Shown here: one piece after another, positions 7,653 through 17,199 of the stretch | How positions within the stretch are numbered: position 1 is the first letter of the stretch | How the letters are laid out: the number at the start of each line of letters is the position of its first letter | From: Candidatus Yanofskybacteria bacterium | GTDB lineage: Bacteria > Patescibacteriota > Minisyncoccia > 2-02-FULL-40-12 > IGHO2-12-FULL-4 | NCBI GenBank assembly: GCA_016185525.1 | Contig: JACPNK010000002.1 | Coordinates: 75,616-139,615, forward strand | Length of the DNA: 64,000 bases | Direction: 5' to 3' | The notes under the pieces: generated by a model | What the model was told of the DNA's origin: nothing | Seen by the model: the letters and a program-made list of their open reading frames with translations, nothing else | Databases searched by the model: none | Translations under genes and position numbers: made by a program

Positions 7653-8771
7653 ATGAATACTCAAAACCAAAAAACTTGGGTAGAAATTTCAAAAGATGCT
7701 CTCAAGTACAATGTAGAAACTATAAAAAGGCTGGCTCAAGGAAAGATTGTGATGGGAGTGGTGAAATCTAACGCTTACGGGCACGGCTTGGTGGAAACTG
7801 CCAAGCTCTTTTTAAAATACGGCGTTGATTGGCTGGGCGTAGATAATGTTGATGAAGCTGTTCTGCTTCGCAAAGCCAAAGTAAGCTCCCTCATTTTGGT
7901 TTTAGGCTACACGCCAGTAGCTTTCTTTTCTCTGGCGGCAAAGTACAAAATAAAACTGACTTTGTATGGCGAAGAAGTTTTTAAGCAATCGTCAAAATTC
8001 AAAAAACAAATTGATTTTCATCTGAAAGTTGACACCGGTATGTCTCGCCAAGGTGTCACCTTGGACGATTTGCCCGGATACCTAGCGTCCTTAAAAAATT
8101 TTTCGGATGTAAAACTTGAGGGCGTTTTTACTCATTTTGCCAATGCTGACAATCTCTCTGACCCCAGTTATCCCAGACGGCAGTTGGCTAATTTCCGCCA
8201 AGCTTTGGAGATAATCAAAAATTTTGGTTTAACGCCAAAAATGGTTCACGCCGCCGCTACCACCGGGCTTTTTGCTTTACCCGAAGCTTTATTTGATATG
8301 GTCAGAATCGGGGTTGCGTTTTACGGCTTATGGCCGTCGCAGGAGTTTAAAAATCGTTTCTCTAGTTTTAATTTGAAGCCGGTTTTGAATTGGAAAACCA
8401 GAATTATACAAATTAAAAAAATCTCTAGGGGCACTCCGGTCGGCTATGGTATCACCGAAAAAGTTAAGAAGGATTCGCTGATAGCTTTACTGCCCATCGG
8501 CTACTACGATGGTTATTTCAGAGCTCTTTCTTCGATTGGCGAAGTTTTAATTTCTGGCTCACGCTGTAAAATTCTAGGCAGAATTTCTATGAATTTATCG
8601 GTAGTTGATATCAGTGCAATTAACGGCGCTAAAGTCGGCGATGAAGCGGTTTTGATCGGCCAAATGGGCGGAGAACAGATAACGGCTGAAGAAATTGCAA
8701 AAAGACTCGGCACGATAAGCTACGAGGTGGTTTCTAGAATCAATCCTTTACTTCCCAGGATTTACATCTAA
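7653..8771 (+). CDS. alr: alanine racemase
   Basis: PLP-lysine motif VVKSNAYGHG near N-terminus; C-terminal racemase domain; 372 aa. Confidence 0.9.
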   Translation: MNTQNQKTWVEISKDALKYNVETIKRLAQGKIVMGVVKSNAYGHGLVETAKLFLKYGVDWLGVDNVDEAVLLRKAKVSSLILVLGYTPVAFFSLAAKYKIKLTLYGEEVFKQSSKFKKQIDFHLKVDTGMSRQGVTLDDLPGYLASLKNFSDVKLEGVFTHFANADNLSDPSYPRRQLANFRQALEIIKNFGLTPKMVHAAATTGLFALPEALFDMVRIGVAFYGLWPSQEFKNRFSSFNLKPVLNWKTRIIQIKKISRGTPVGYGITEKVKKDSLIALLPIGYYDGYFRALSSIGEVLISGSRCKILGRISMNLSVVDISAINGAKVGDEAVLIGQMGGEQITAEEIAKRLGTISYEVVSRINPLLPRIYI

Positions 8772-8776
8772 AAACA

Positions 8777-9592
8777 ATGAAAACCGTCAGCGATGTCTAT
8801 CAAGCCAAATATTTGGCCAAAAAAAGAAAAAGAATATTTTTGCGTTTGTTTCTTTGGTTTATCTTTGGCTTGGCTATTATTGTTGGGCTTGTTTATCTTT
8901 TATTTTTCTCAAAACTTTTCTATGTTAAAGAGGTTTCTATCGCCAACCAAAGCTTTATTTCCAACCAAGAAATCGGGCAGGCGGTTGATGAATTTCTTGC
9001 TCAAAAAAGATTTTTTGTTTCAGGCTTCAGTAATTTGATTTTTGTTGAAAGCGATAAGATCCAATCCTTGGTTATTAATAATTTTCCTCAAGCTGAAAAT
9101 GTGACTGTGGAAAAAGAGTACCCTCATACCGTCAAAATTTCTTTGGACGGCAAAACGGCTCTGGGAGTCTGGTGCTTTAGTATGAGCGATCAGAATAAGT
9201 GTTTTTACTTTGATAAAAACGGTGTAGCTTTTGAAACTTCAGCCGATTCTGACGGCCCGCTTCTTTTGAGGATTGAGGATGAGAAAGGCCGGTTTGAAAA
9301 GTTGGGTCAAGCGGTTGCCGACAAAGAATTGCTATCTTTTATTTTGTCAATAAGACCGGAACTGGAAAAAATTAAGATTGATATTAAAAAAATAACAATA
9401 CCGGCAGTTGAATATTTTAGAATAGACGCTGAAACTTCTGAAGGCTGGAAAGTTTACTTTAGTACCAGAGATGATCTAAAAAACCAAGTCAACTCACTTA
9501 ATGTTTTTTTAAGCCAAAAAATATCCCCTGAAAAAAGAAGCCAGCTGCAGTATATTGATGTCAGAATCCCAAATAGGGTGTATTATAAGTGA
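8777..9592 (+). CDS. ftsQ: cell division protein FtsQ/DivIB-like (POTRA domain)
   Basis: N-terminal TM helix then YVKEVSIANQSFISNQEI POTRA-like segment; 271 aa. Confidence 0.5.
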   Translation: MKTVSDVYQAKYLAKKRKRIFLRLFLWFIFGLAIIVGLVYLLFFSKLFYVKEVSIANQSFISNQEIGQAVDEFLAQKRFFVSGFSNLIFVESDKIQSLVINNFPQAENVTVEKEYPHTVKISLDGKTALGVWCFSMSDQNKCFYFDKNGVAFETSADSDGPLLLRIEDEKGRFEKLGQAVADKELLSFILSIRPELEKIKIDIKKITIPAVEYFRIDAETSEGWKVYFSTRDDLKNQVNSLNVFLSQKISPEKRSQLQYIDVRIPNRVYYK

Positions 9593-9606
9593 GTTTCAAC
9601 TAACCC

Positions 9607-9635
9607 TTGACTTGTTCTAAGTTTTCTGTTACACT
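9607..9635 (+). promoter_or_regulatory. promoter TTGACT-N17-TACACT
   Basis: Upstream of lipoprotein gene with aaggagaaaagg RBS. Confidence 0.4.
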
Positions 9636-9716
9636 TGTTTTTGGTTGTAGTAAATTAAAAACCAACAAGGCAGTTATGCCTGGGCTCAATGTCCGAAAAT
9701 AGCAAGGAGAAAAGGA

Positions 9717-10523
9717 ATGAAAAGATTGACTTTGAATGTTTTTCTGTTAATTACAGCCATTTTTCTTGTTGGCTGTAACGCATCCCCGGATGCGGGACAT
9801 GAAGCCGTTTTAGTAATGAAACCTTTGATTTTTGGACATGGCGGAGTAGATTCCGAACCTATAAAAACAGGTTTGACTTTTATCGCTCCGACGACGACTG
9901 CATTGGTGGTAAACATGCAGCCGCAACAGTTCCAAGTCCATTTTGATGACCTTATGTCGTCTGATGGCGTTCCACTAGATTTTGACGCGGTAATCCGTGT
10001 TAAAATAGTGGATTCGGTTTCATTGATAAAAAACTTCGGACCTCAATGGTATGAAAATAACATTGAAAAAGAATTTGCCAATAGAGTTCGGCAGGCTGTG
10101 CGTAAACACGGTATGAACGAGACGGCAATCAGTACTGTTGCCATAGATGCCATTGACCAAGAGGTTTCAGATGCAATGGAAAAATACATTTCTGGTGCTG
10201 GATTGCCTCTTAAACTAGTCCAGATAACGGTCGGAAAAGCAAATCCGCCTGACTCAATTAAGAGCCAGCGAATTGCCACGGCGGCCGAACAACAGCGCCA
10301 GCTTACTGAACAGCAACGCAAGTTGGCGGAAGACCAAAGAATGTCAGCTGAAAATAGCCGCGCTAAGGCAGACAATGCCTATAGAGAGTCGATGCAATTA
10401 TCTCCCAGCCAATTTCTGCAGCTGGAGCAAATTAAAATGATGCATGATGTTTGTGGAAAAGGCGGCTGTACTTTTCTTGTTGGCAGTGGCGGAGTTACGC
10501 CGGTGCTGGACGTCAAGAAGTAA
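9717..10523 (+). CDS. SPFH/band-7 (HflK/C-prohibitin-like) domain lipoprotein
   Basis: Lipobox LVGC after signal peptide; SPFH-like core and QQ/coiled C-terminal region. Confidence 0.65.
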   Translation: MKRLTLNVFLLITAIFLVGCNASPDAGHEAVLVMKPLIFGHGGVDSEPIKTGLTFIAPTTTALVVNMQPQQFQVHFDDLMSSDGVPLDFDAVIRVKIVDSVSLIKNFGPQWYENNIEKEFANRVRQAVRKHGMNETAISTVAIDAIDQEVSDAMEKYISGAGLPLKLVQITVGKANPPDSIKSQRIATAAEQQRQLTEQQRKLAEDQRMSAENSRAKADNAYRESMQLSPSQFLQLEQIKMMHDVCGKGGCTFLVGSGGVTPVLDVKK

Positions 10524-10549
10524 CTGACTTTGCAAAAATTAAATTTGCT

Positions 10550-10580
10550 AACTACCACATTTCGTGGTAGTTTTTTTTGT
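10550..10580 (+). terminator. intrinsic terminator aactaccac-attt-cgtggtagtt plus T8
   Basis: 9-bp stem followed by TTTTTTTTG. Confidence 0.6.
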
Positions 10581-10614
10581 GGCTCTTTGAAAGATTATAA
10601 GCAGAGAAGAAAGT

Positions 10615-11281
10615 ATGATAAATCCCAAAACAGAGCTGGTTTTTCATTTTTTCAGGCACGGGCAGTCGGAAGCAAACGTCAAATCTGAGTTTATCAGCGG
10701 AGACGAGGATTCGCCAATCACTCATCTCGGCATAAAGCAGGCGAAAGCTTTGGGACAAAGACTGAAAAAAGAAAACTTAACTTTTTTCCGAGTTTTTTGT
10801 TCTCCGCTCCAAAGGGTTGTTTTAACCGCCAAAATCGTCTGTTCGGTTACAGAGCATGATTTCAAAAAGGCGATTATGGTTTCCGGCTCTTAGAGAGCGT
10901 GAACAGGGGGTTTTGGTTGGTGTCCACAGAGACGAAATATACAGAGGAGATAATGGCCGATTTATAACTTACCAAGGACCTTGGTTCAGGCCGTCTGGCG
11001 GAGAATCCCAGAAAATGGTCCAGAGGAGAGTTTCCGCATGGCTTGAGGAAGAAATTTTGTTGAACGAATCTTTCTTGCAGTCGGAACGGACTTTGCATTT
11101 TGCAATTTTCGGCAGCGGGATGAATTTCAAATGCCTTTTTATGGATATCGCGGGATTTGACTCAAGTTTATTGTGGAAAATAGAGGTGAACAACTGCTCA
11201 ATTTCCCGTTTTAGGTTCACTATCCGCGGTTGGTTTGTTGAATGCATCAACGACACCGGGCACTTGCTAGGACTAATTTAA
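10615..11281 (+). pseudogene. histidine phosphatase (phosphoglycerate mutase family) gene disrupted by +1 frameshift near 10856-10893
   Basis: ORF1 has RHGQSEAN catalytic motif and SPLQRV; ORF2 (other frame) has LRERE.GVLVG and C-terminal ...NDTGHL; frames overlap at A5 run ttcaaaaagg (10861). Confidence 0.65.
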
Positions 11282-11284
11282 TAC

Positions 11285-13120
11285 CTACTCTACAGTAACC
11301 GACTTTGCTAAGTTGCGGGGTTTATCTACGTCGTAGCCGAGCAAAGTTCCAAAATGATAAGCAAAAAGCTGGAGCGGGACTATGTTGAGAAGCGGTTCAA
11401 GAGGCTCCAAAGTTTTTGGCACAAAAATTACATCGTCGGCTAGTCCGGCGATTTTTTTATCGCCCGAAGTGGCAATCGCAATTATTTTTCCTTTACGCGC
11501 TTTTATTTCCTGCAAATTAGAAAGCATTTTTTCGTAAACACTATTTTTATTTACCAAAGCGACGGTCGGAAAATTTGGTTCAATCAAAGCAATGGGACCG
11601 TGCTTTAACTCGCCCGCCGTTTTGCCTTCGGCGTGTACATAACTTATTTCTTTTAACTTTAAAGCGCCCTCAATAGCGGTGGGGTAGTTATATTTTCTGC
11701 CTATAAACATAAAATTTTTGAATTTCAGGTATTTTTTGGCCAAAGACTTAATTTGCCGGTTTTGTTTCAAAATTAGCTCTATTTTTTTTGGAATCAAAGC
11801 CAGTTCTTCAGAGAGTTTTCTTTTCAGACTTTTATTTTCACTTAAGTACAAGGCGATTAGATTTAAGATTGTTACCTGTGAAATAAAAGCCTTTGTGGAC
11901 GCCACGCCAATCTCAAGTCCGGCGTGGTTATAAACTCCGGCTTTAGTTTCTCTGGCGATCGTTGAGCCTACGACATTTACCAAACCCAAAGTTATTCCTT
12001 TTTGCCGGTTGGCTTTCCATAAAGCGGCTATCGTATCGGCAGTCTCGCCGGATTGGGAAATAAAGAGGTGAGCCGTGTTGGGTGTGATAGCGTTTTGGCG
12101 ATAACGGTACTCCGAAGCTTCAATTGTCTTTGTTGAGATGCCGGCGACCTCTTCAAAAAGAAGTTCTCCAAGCAGGCCAGCATGATAAGAAGTGCCGCAG
12201 GCAATAATTTCTATTTTTTCTATTTTTTTTAATTTTTGAGCAACACTCTCCAGCCCGCCGAGTTTTACCAGGTCTTTTTTTGGGAACAGTCTGCCGCGCA
12301 TGGCGGTTCTAATTGCTTCCGGTTCTTCAAAAATTTCTTTTAGCATAAAATGTGGGAAATTTCCTTTTTGGGCTTGTTCTGCAGTCAAATTCAGGTTTTC
12401 TATTTTAGATTTTACCGGATTTAATTTAAAGTCGGTTCCGGAAATCCATCCCGCCTGGCCGTCTTTTAAGTAGATTACCTTCTTAACCTTTCCCGCCAGT
12501 TCTGCCGGATCAGAGGCCAGATAAAATTCTTCAATGCCCAGGCCGAGCACTAATGGGCTACCCAGTCTAGCGAAATATATTTTGTCCGGCTCTTTTGTAT
12601 AGACGATAGCAAAAGCATAAGCGCCAACTATCTCCCGCAGAGACTTTTTTAATGTTTTGTCAAAATTTTTTATTTTTTTTAAATTTTCTTCCAACAAATG
12701 GACAACAACTTCCGTATCAGTCTGTGACCTGAATTTGTGGCCGAGTTTTGTGAGTTTATCTTTTAGTTCTTGGTGATTTTCGATAATACCGTTGTGAACT
12801 AAAAATATTTCTTTTTTGCAGTCATGGTGAGGATGGGCATTGATTTCATCCGGCATGCCATGAGTTGCCCATCGGGTGTGGCCGATCGTCCCAGTGCCGA
12901 TGTTGATACCTTGCGTTGAGCCCTTTCCCTTTGTCACGGTTCCTCTTAAGACCCTTTCAAGGTTTGCCAATTTACCCTGCCTTTTAACCAATACAGGTTT
13001 TCCGTTTTGGAAAAACAAAACTCCGGCCGAGTCGTAGCCTCGGTATTCCACCCTTTTCAAGCCTTCTAAAACAGTTTCCAAACCCTCTTTTTTGCCAATA
13101 TATCCGGCTATTCCACACAT
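11285..13120 (-). CDS. glmS: glutamine--fructose-6-phosphate aminotransferase
   Basis: N-terminal MCGIAGYIG nucleophile Cys2, two SIS domains, C-terminal ...KSVTVE; 611 aa. Confidence 0.95.
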   Translation of the reverse strand: MCGIAGYIGKKEGLETVLEGLKRVEYRGYDSAGVLFFQNGKPVLVKRQGKLANLERVLRGTVTKGKGSTQGINIGTGTIGHTRWATHGMPDEINAHPHHDCKKEIFLVHNGIIENHQELKDKLTKLGHKFRSQTDTEVVVHLLEENLKKIKNFDKTLKKSLREIVGAYAFAIVYTKEPDKIYFARLGSPLVLGLGIEEFYLASDPAELAGKVKKVIYLKDGQAGWISGTDFKLNPVKSKIENLNLTAEQAQKGNFPHFMLKEIFEEPEAIRTAMRGRLFPKKDLVKLGGLESVAQKLKKIEKIEIIACGTSYHAGLLGELLFEEVAGISTKTIEASEYRYRQNAITPNTAHLFISQSGETADTIAALWKANRQKGITLGLVNVVGSTIARETKAGVYNHAGLEIGVASTKAFISQVTILNLIALYLSENKSLKRKLSEELALIPKKIELILKQNRQIKSLAKKYLKFKNFMFIGRKYNYPTAIEGALKLKEISYVHAEGKTAGELKHGPIALIEPNFPTVALVNKNSVYEKMLSNLQEIKARKGKIIAIATSGDKKIAGLADDVIFVPKTLEPLEPLLNIVPLQLFAYHFGTLLGYDVDKPRNLAKSVTVE

Positions 13121-13241
13121 ATATGGTGAAATTTTTTGCGCTTATTAAGTACGGGACACATACCCACAACCTACAACTTATATTTTGTAATTTCAACCAG
13201 AATGTTTTATGATCTTGCGAAACTTGAAAGATGGGTGATAG

Positions 13242-13523
13242 ATGGCATTAGAGCACTTTTTCGGCACTTTAACACTGGTATTCGGGATATTGCTGGTAAC
13301 AGTTGGCTTAACGGCGCAGGTTGTAAAAAATTATCGTGAAAAAAGATGCGGCAATCCGATTTTACTGCTGATCTTGGTTGCTTTTGCCAATATGTCCAGA
13401 ATAGGTTATGCCGTAACGCTTGGCTCTTGGTATCTGTTGATTCCGGATGTTCTTGGCAGTATCCTTCTGGTTATAAATCTTTATCAGTTCTTTTGTTATA
13501 GAAAAACTAAAATCACCGACTAA
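13242..13523 (+). CDS. small 3-TM membrane protein, PQ-loop/SemiSWEET-like
   Basis: 93 aa, three hydrophobic helices, TAQVVKNYREKRCGNP loop resembling PQ-loop motif; weak. Confidence 0.4.
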   Translation: MALEHFFGTLTLVFGILLVTVGLTAQVVKNYREKRCGNPILLLILVAFANMSRIGYAVTLGSWYLLIPDVLGSILLVINLYQFFCYRKTKITD

Positions 13524-13540
13524 TGTCGGTTTTTGTTTTT
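13514..13540 (+). terminator. intrinsic terminator caccgac-taat-gtcggt plus TTTTTGTTTTT
   Basis: Hairpin plus U-tract directly after stop. Confidence 0.55.
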
Positions 13541-13570
13541 AGACTGTTGGACTAAGACTCGCTTGCTTGC

Positions 13571-13599
13571 TTGACAGGAAACTGTATATCTTCTAAGAT
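13571..13599 (+). promoter_or_regulatory. promoter TTGACA-N17-TAAGAT
   Basis: Consensus -35, 17-nt spacer; downstream AGGGAG RBS before ATG 13635. Confidence 0.5.
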
Positions 13600-13634
13600 A
13601 AAGCGGTTTTTGAAACTTTAAAATAGGGAGTTGC

Positions 13635-14198
13635 ATGAAAGAGGGACGTTTTACAGCAAAAGCAGGTTTTGTCTCACTAGTTTTTTCGAGTTTTTTACTG
13701 GTAACTGCTTATTTGTTTGTAATGGGCGTTATTATATATTTTTTCTTTTGGCCTGGTTTGCCGGCTAGTTTAGAAAAAACAGCTTTTGGTTCAGTTTATG
13801 GCCGTGGGAAAATATTCACTTTTGATTCTTTAGATGAAGATACTGGTTCTATCGTCTTTAAGGATGTCTACGTCCAAGGTCTGTCAGATAGAAAAACCAG
13901 CCTGTATTTAAAAGTCAGGCCGGAACATCTTAGTCGGGTTAGGGTTAAAACAGACATTTACCTTGAGGGTACGGCCATTTCAACCAATATCCCATTCTTC
14001 AAAAGAATACATTCTCACAAAGGCAGAAATATTTTCGTCGAGGTTGAAGAGGTAACAATCTGGGTCCAAAATCAGACAGAAAAAGATGAATGGAACAACT
14101 GGCTGGCTAATTTAGAAAAAGACCGTGACGATTTTTTAAGGTTTAGATTAGAAAAAGAATTGACAGCTAAACACCTTCGAAAAGTGAAACCCTCCTAA
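13635..14198 (+). CDS. hypothetical membrane-anchored protein (187 aa)
   Basis: N-terminal TM helix; no motif recognised. Confidence 0.5.
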   Translation: MKEGRFTAKAGFVSLVFSSFLLVTAYLFVMGVIIYFFFWPGLPASLEKTAFGSVYGRGKIFTFDSLDEDTGSIVFKDVYVQGLSDRKTSLYLKVRPEHLSRVRVKTDIYLEGTAISTNIPFFKRIHSHKGRNIFVEVEEVTIWVQNQTEKDEWNNWLANLEKDRDDFLRFRLEKELTAKHLRKVKPS

Positions 14199-14218
14199 TT
14201 TTTTAGGAGGGTTTTTTA
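14188..14218 (+). terminator. intrinsic terminator aaaccctcctaa-ttttt-taggagggttt plus T-run (overlaps stop codon)
   Basis: 10-bp stem, followed by TTTTTATT; second hairpin ctgagaag-ttgaa-cttctcag at 14240-14262 for convergent gene. Confidence 0.6.
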
Positions 14219-14264
14219 TTCCTACTGATAAGTACTGAGAAGTTGAACTGAGAAGTTGAACTTC

Positions 14265-16046
14265 TCAGTAGGTTAACCTATAAACAAAGATTGAGTTGCC
14301 GATAGCGGTAACGGGGGTGTGGTTTTGGAGCCAGATGTAATTTACTGACTTGTATTGGTCCGGCGGGCCTTGCGATGACTGCAAAAAAGAAGCGGAGACG
14401 GCAAGCCAGCCGTCTGTTTGATTTCTGGCGGCAAAATCTTCGGCGTTAAGATATTTGGTTCCATTGAGAGCTTCGTACTTGATTCCCAGGTAATAATAAG
14501 GATCAGCCCAGCCGAAGTAATCAAATTCAATTTTGGGAATGTTGTTTTCTTTAACCCAATCAGAAAAACGTTTTAAATCTTGGCCCCAGTCAAGATTTGA
14601 GTCCACAACATAGCGGTAACCGCCTGACGGTCCGCCGACTGTTTGGTTGAAGTAGGTTAAATAGTAAGGACTGACAGAAAGATTTTCAAAAATATACCAA
14701 CCCAACAATGTTATAAGTAATAGGTTATGGGTTATAAGTAATTTTTTAAACTTGTAACTTGTAACCTGTAACTTGTAACTAATTCTTTCCAATTGACCGG
14801 AAACTAAAATAATTGCAAAAGGGTAAGTCGGCAACAAGTGCCGGACACCGATATTTAAAGTGCTGTTAATGCTCAAAGCCCAGTAAAAAACCAGCCACAA
14901 AATCATGGCTGTTTCCGTAAAATTATTTTTTACCCAATTTTTAAAATTTAAAAATTGAAAATTGAAAATTGAAAATTGAACTATTGCGCTAATGAGCGCA
15001 ATAGTTAGGAGCCCCCACCAAGCCAAAGGTTCTTTTATAAGGTAAACGATTGGGAAATAGTGCCGCCAGCCGAAACGCGAGACCTCCCCCAAAAAGTAGG
15101 TCGTGTTGCCGCCGACTGAACGCTGGGTCACCATCAGCAAACCCAAACCGTATTGGGCGGCTATCCTTAAGACAGGCTTGTCGGACGCCCAAACTATCGG
15201 GTCAGCCAACAACCTATTGCCGAAAGTTTCTAAAGTTTGATTTGTGTCGCTGTATTGGCGCTCCGGCAGATAGTTCCAAGTATGAAAAGCATAGACGGGC
15301 ATTACAACAATAACGAAAGCTGTTACTGCTAGAAGTATGCTATGAGCGGGGAGCTTTAAGTGATTCTTTTGGGAGATAAACGCATAAATTAAAGCCAGGC
15401 CAAAAAAGAAAGGGATTAGCATAAATGTGGAGAATTTGGTCAAAAGAGCTATCCCTAAAAAAATGCTTGCCAGCCAAAAATTTTTGGCAGTTTGATTTTT
15501 TAAGTAGCGAAAGAAAAAGTATGTGGCATACAATATGCCGAAAAGAGCCGGGATGTCGGTGGTGACGAAACGGGAATGGGCTAAAACCGTCGGCGAAAAA
15601 GAAAATAAGATTAAGGCTGTTAGTCCGGCTTTATTGCCGTACAGTTTCTTTGTCCAACGAAAAATTAAAATTGCCGATAAGATAAAAAATAAAAGCATCG
15701 GCTGTTTTACTAAATGGGTGATTTGATTGGCGTTGTTGCCGGAATTGAATATCAGTTTTCGGCCAAATTCCCATTGGCCGTTAAGGTCGTTTTGCCAAGA
15801 TTTTGTATCAAAAACGTCTTGTTTAAGTTTTAAAAAGAGCAAGGGAATGGCCGCCAAGTCTTTGACCAAAGGCGGATGTTCCGGATTGAGGCGCATATCT
15901 TGCTTAACTAAATATGAGTAACCCGCTCCGATATGCGGTATTTCATCAACAATCAAAGAGTCGTTCCAACTGCTGGTTACCGCCAGAATTACGGCGACAG
16001 AAATAATTAGGCCGGCAAGAAGTTTTGTTTTGTGGTCTGATTTCAT
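14265..16046 (-). CDS. GT-C fold glycosyltransferase, family 39-like (ArnT/PMT-type) membrane protein
   Basis: N-terminal ...SLIVDEIPHIGAGYSY (DE motif in first loop), >12 TM helices, 593 aa. Confidence 0.8.
   Translation of the reverse strand: MKSDHKTKLLAGLIISVAVILAVTSSWNDSLIVDEIPHIGAGYSYLVKQDMRLNPEHPPLVKDLAAIPLLFLKLKQDVFDTKSWQNDLNGQWEFGRKLIFNSGNNANQITHLVKQPMLLFFILSAILIFRWTKKLYGNKAGLTALILFSFSPTVLAHSRFVTTDIPALFGILYATYFFFRYLKNQTAKNFWLASIFLGIALLTKFSTFMLIPFFFGLALIYAFISQKNHLKLPAHSILLAVTAFVIVVMPVYAFHTWNYLPERQYSDTNQTLETFGNRLLADPIVWASDKPVLRIAAQYGLGLLMVTQRSVGGNTTYFLGEVSRFGWRHYFPIVYLIKEPLAWWGLLTIALISAIVQFSIFNFQFLNFKNWVKNNFTETAMILWLVFYWALSINSTLNIGVRHLLPTYPFAIILVSGQLERISYKLQVTSYKFKKLLITHNLLLITLLGWYIFENLSVSPYYLTYFNQTVGGPSGGYRYVVDSNLDWGQDLKRFSDWVKENNIPKIEFDYFGWADPYYYLGIKYEALNGTKYLNAEDFAARNQTDGWLAVSASFLQSSQGPPDQYKSVNYIWLQNHTPVTAIGNSIFVYRLTY
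14751..14780. repeat. heptanucleotide tandem repeat (cttgtaa x4, one variant) inside GT39 gene
   Basis: cttgtaacttgtaacctgtaacttgtaact; plus direct repeat ttataagtaa at 14711 and 14732. Confidence 0.8.
14953..15006. repeat. heptanucleotide tandem repeat (aattgaa x4) followed by perfect 12-bp-stem hairpin aactattgcgct-aatg-agcgcaatagtt, inside GT39 gene
   Basis: Read directly; 7-mer unit not multiple of 3. Confidence 0.8.
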
Positions 16047-16053
16047 TTAAATA

Positions 16054-16137
16054 ACACCGATTTTTGTGTATGCCTCTTTTTTGCGTCGGACTGTCGCCGC
16101 CGAACTGCAAAAGAGGCATACACATCAAATCGGTTAA
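16054..16137 (-). other. long near-perfect hairpin (accgattttTgtgtatgcctcttttttgc ... gcaaaagaggcatacacAtcaaatcggt) with GC-rich 22-nt loop, between two GT-C genes
   Basis: ~28-bp arms with two mismatches; sits between stop of 16140..17102 and start of 14265..16046. Confidence 0.6.
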
Positions 16138-16139
16138 GA

Positions 16140-17102
16140 TTAAAACCCGAAGTAACTTCTAAACTCCAGCAGAGTTAGTCCGGCCAAGAATAGAGTTACG
16201 GCTAAAGAAGAGACCAGCGAAGCTTCGTGAGGATGTTTGTCGTAAACTCCATACCAGCTTTTAAGCCAAGAAAAGAACCACCAGCAACCTTCGGCAGACA
16301 AAATTAAGATAACCGGCAGAGCGAAAATTGCTTCTTCGGAAAACAACCCCAAAAAGAACCAGGATAAAATTACCGTTTGAGCCGCCGAAAAGTGGCCGTG
16401 ATATTTAAAGCTTTTGACAAGCTTAGAGAAGCTTCTAAACAAGCCCGCTGCCAGCAAAATTACCATAGGCAGAGAAAGAGCGTAAGGCGATATCGTTTCT
16501 CTTGTTTGGCCGAAAGACCAGTCAAAAACACTCCAAAAACGCAAAACAATAAAAACTGCCAGAGATAAAACCACAAGCCATGTGAAACCCTTGAACAAAA
16601 AATTACGGCTGTGAAGATACTGCTCGTGGCCGAAATCTTTTTTAAGCAGGTGAAAGTAAACGAGAATAGCAAGCAGAACTATTGCCAACGGCACGTAAAA
16701 AGGCGAGCTTAGATAAAGGCTCAAGCCGAGAAAAAGTCCGCTGAAAATAAAATTGCATCTGTGATATCCTCTCATGCCTTTCCATAAAAAATACAATGCA
16801 AGCACAAAAAAGTTTAAAATCCAACTGGCCCATAAAGTTTCTCTTGAGATGGCAACATGCCAAGCGGATATCCCCATAAAAAAAGCGGCTATAGAGCCGA
16901 TCTGCCAGCTAAACAGTTCTCTGGCTAGCAGATAAACAAAAGCTACGCCCAGAATACCGCCGCTTGCGATGACTGCTCCCAGCAGCCAAGAATTACCCAG
17001 AGAGGAGAGATTTATTTGGAAGATTCTAAAGAAGATAACTATCGCGGTAATTGCAAAAAAAATAATCTTCTTGCCGGATTTTTGATCTAGGGTATGAGGC
17101 AT
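16140..17102 (-). CDS. polytopic membrane protein, resembles N-terminal half of GT-C/PMT-type glycosyltransferase
   Basis: 320 aa, ~10 TM helices, LLARELF-type segment; no soluble domain. Confidence 0.45.
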   Translation of the reverse strand: MPHTLDQKSGKKIIFFAITAIVIFFRIFQINLSSLGNSWLLGAVIASGGILGVAFVYLLARELFSWQIGSIAAFFMGISAWHVAISRETLWASWILNFFVLALYFLWKGMRGYHRCNFIFSGLFLGLSLYLSSPFYVPLAIVLLAILVYFHLLKKDFGHEQYLHSRNFLFKGFTWLVVLSLAVFIVLRFWSVFDWSFGQTRETISPYALSLPMVILLAAGLFRSFSKLVKSFKYHGHFSAAQTVILSWFFLGLFSEEAIFALPVILILSAEGCWWFFSWLKSWYGVYDKHPHEASLVSSLAVTLFLAGLTLLEFRSYFGF

Positions 17103-17199
17103 AAATCAGCGTCTTTTCATTATATCACAATAATTTATGCGTTTATCACTTATCCACAGCTCTGTTGTCGTAAAAGTCGGTAGATGTTAAAATTTATCT

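Noticed and set aside
13121-13241. glmS ribozyme upstream of glmS (minus strand)
   Set aside because: The intergenic space is only ~120 nt, and its reverse complement lacks the conserved glmS ribozyme core motifs.
17148-17156. Perfect DnaA-box TTATCCACA
   Set aside because: It is a single occurrence (about 0.5 expected by chance in 64 kb), with no cluster and no dnaA nearby.
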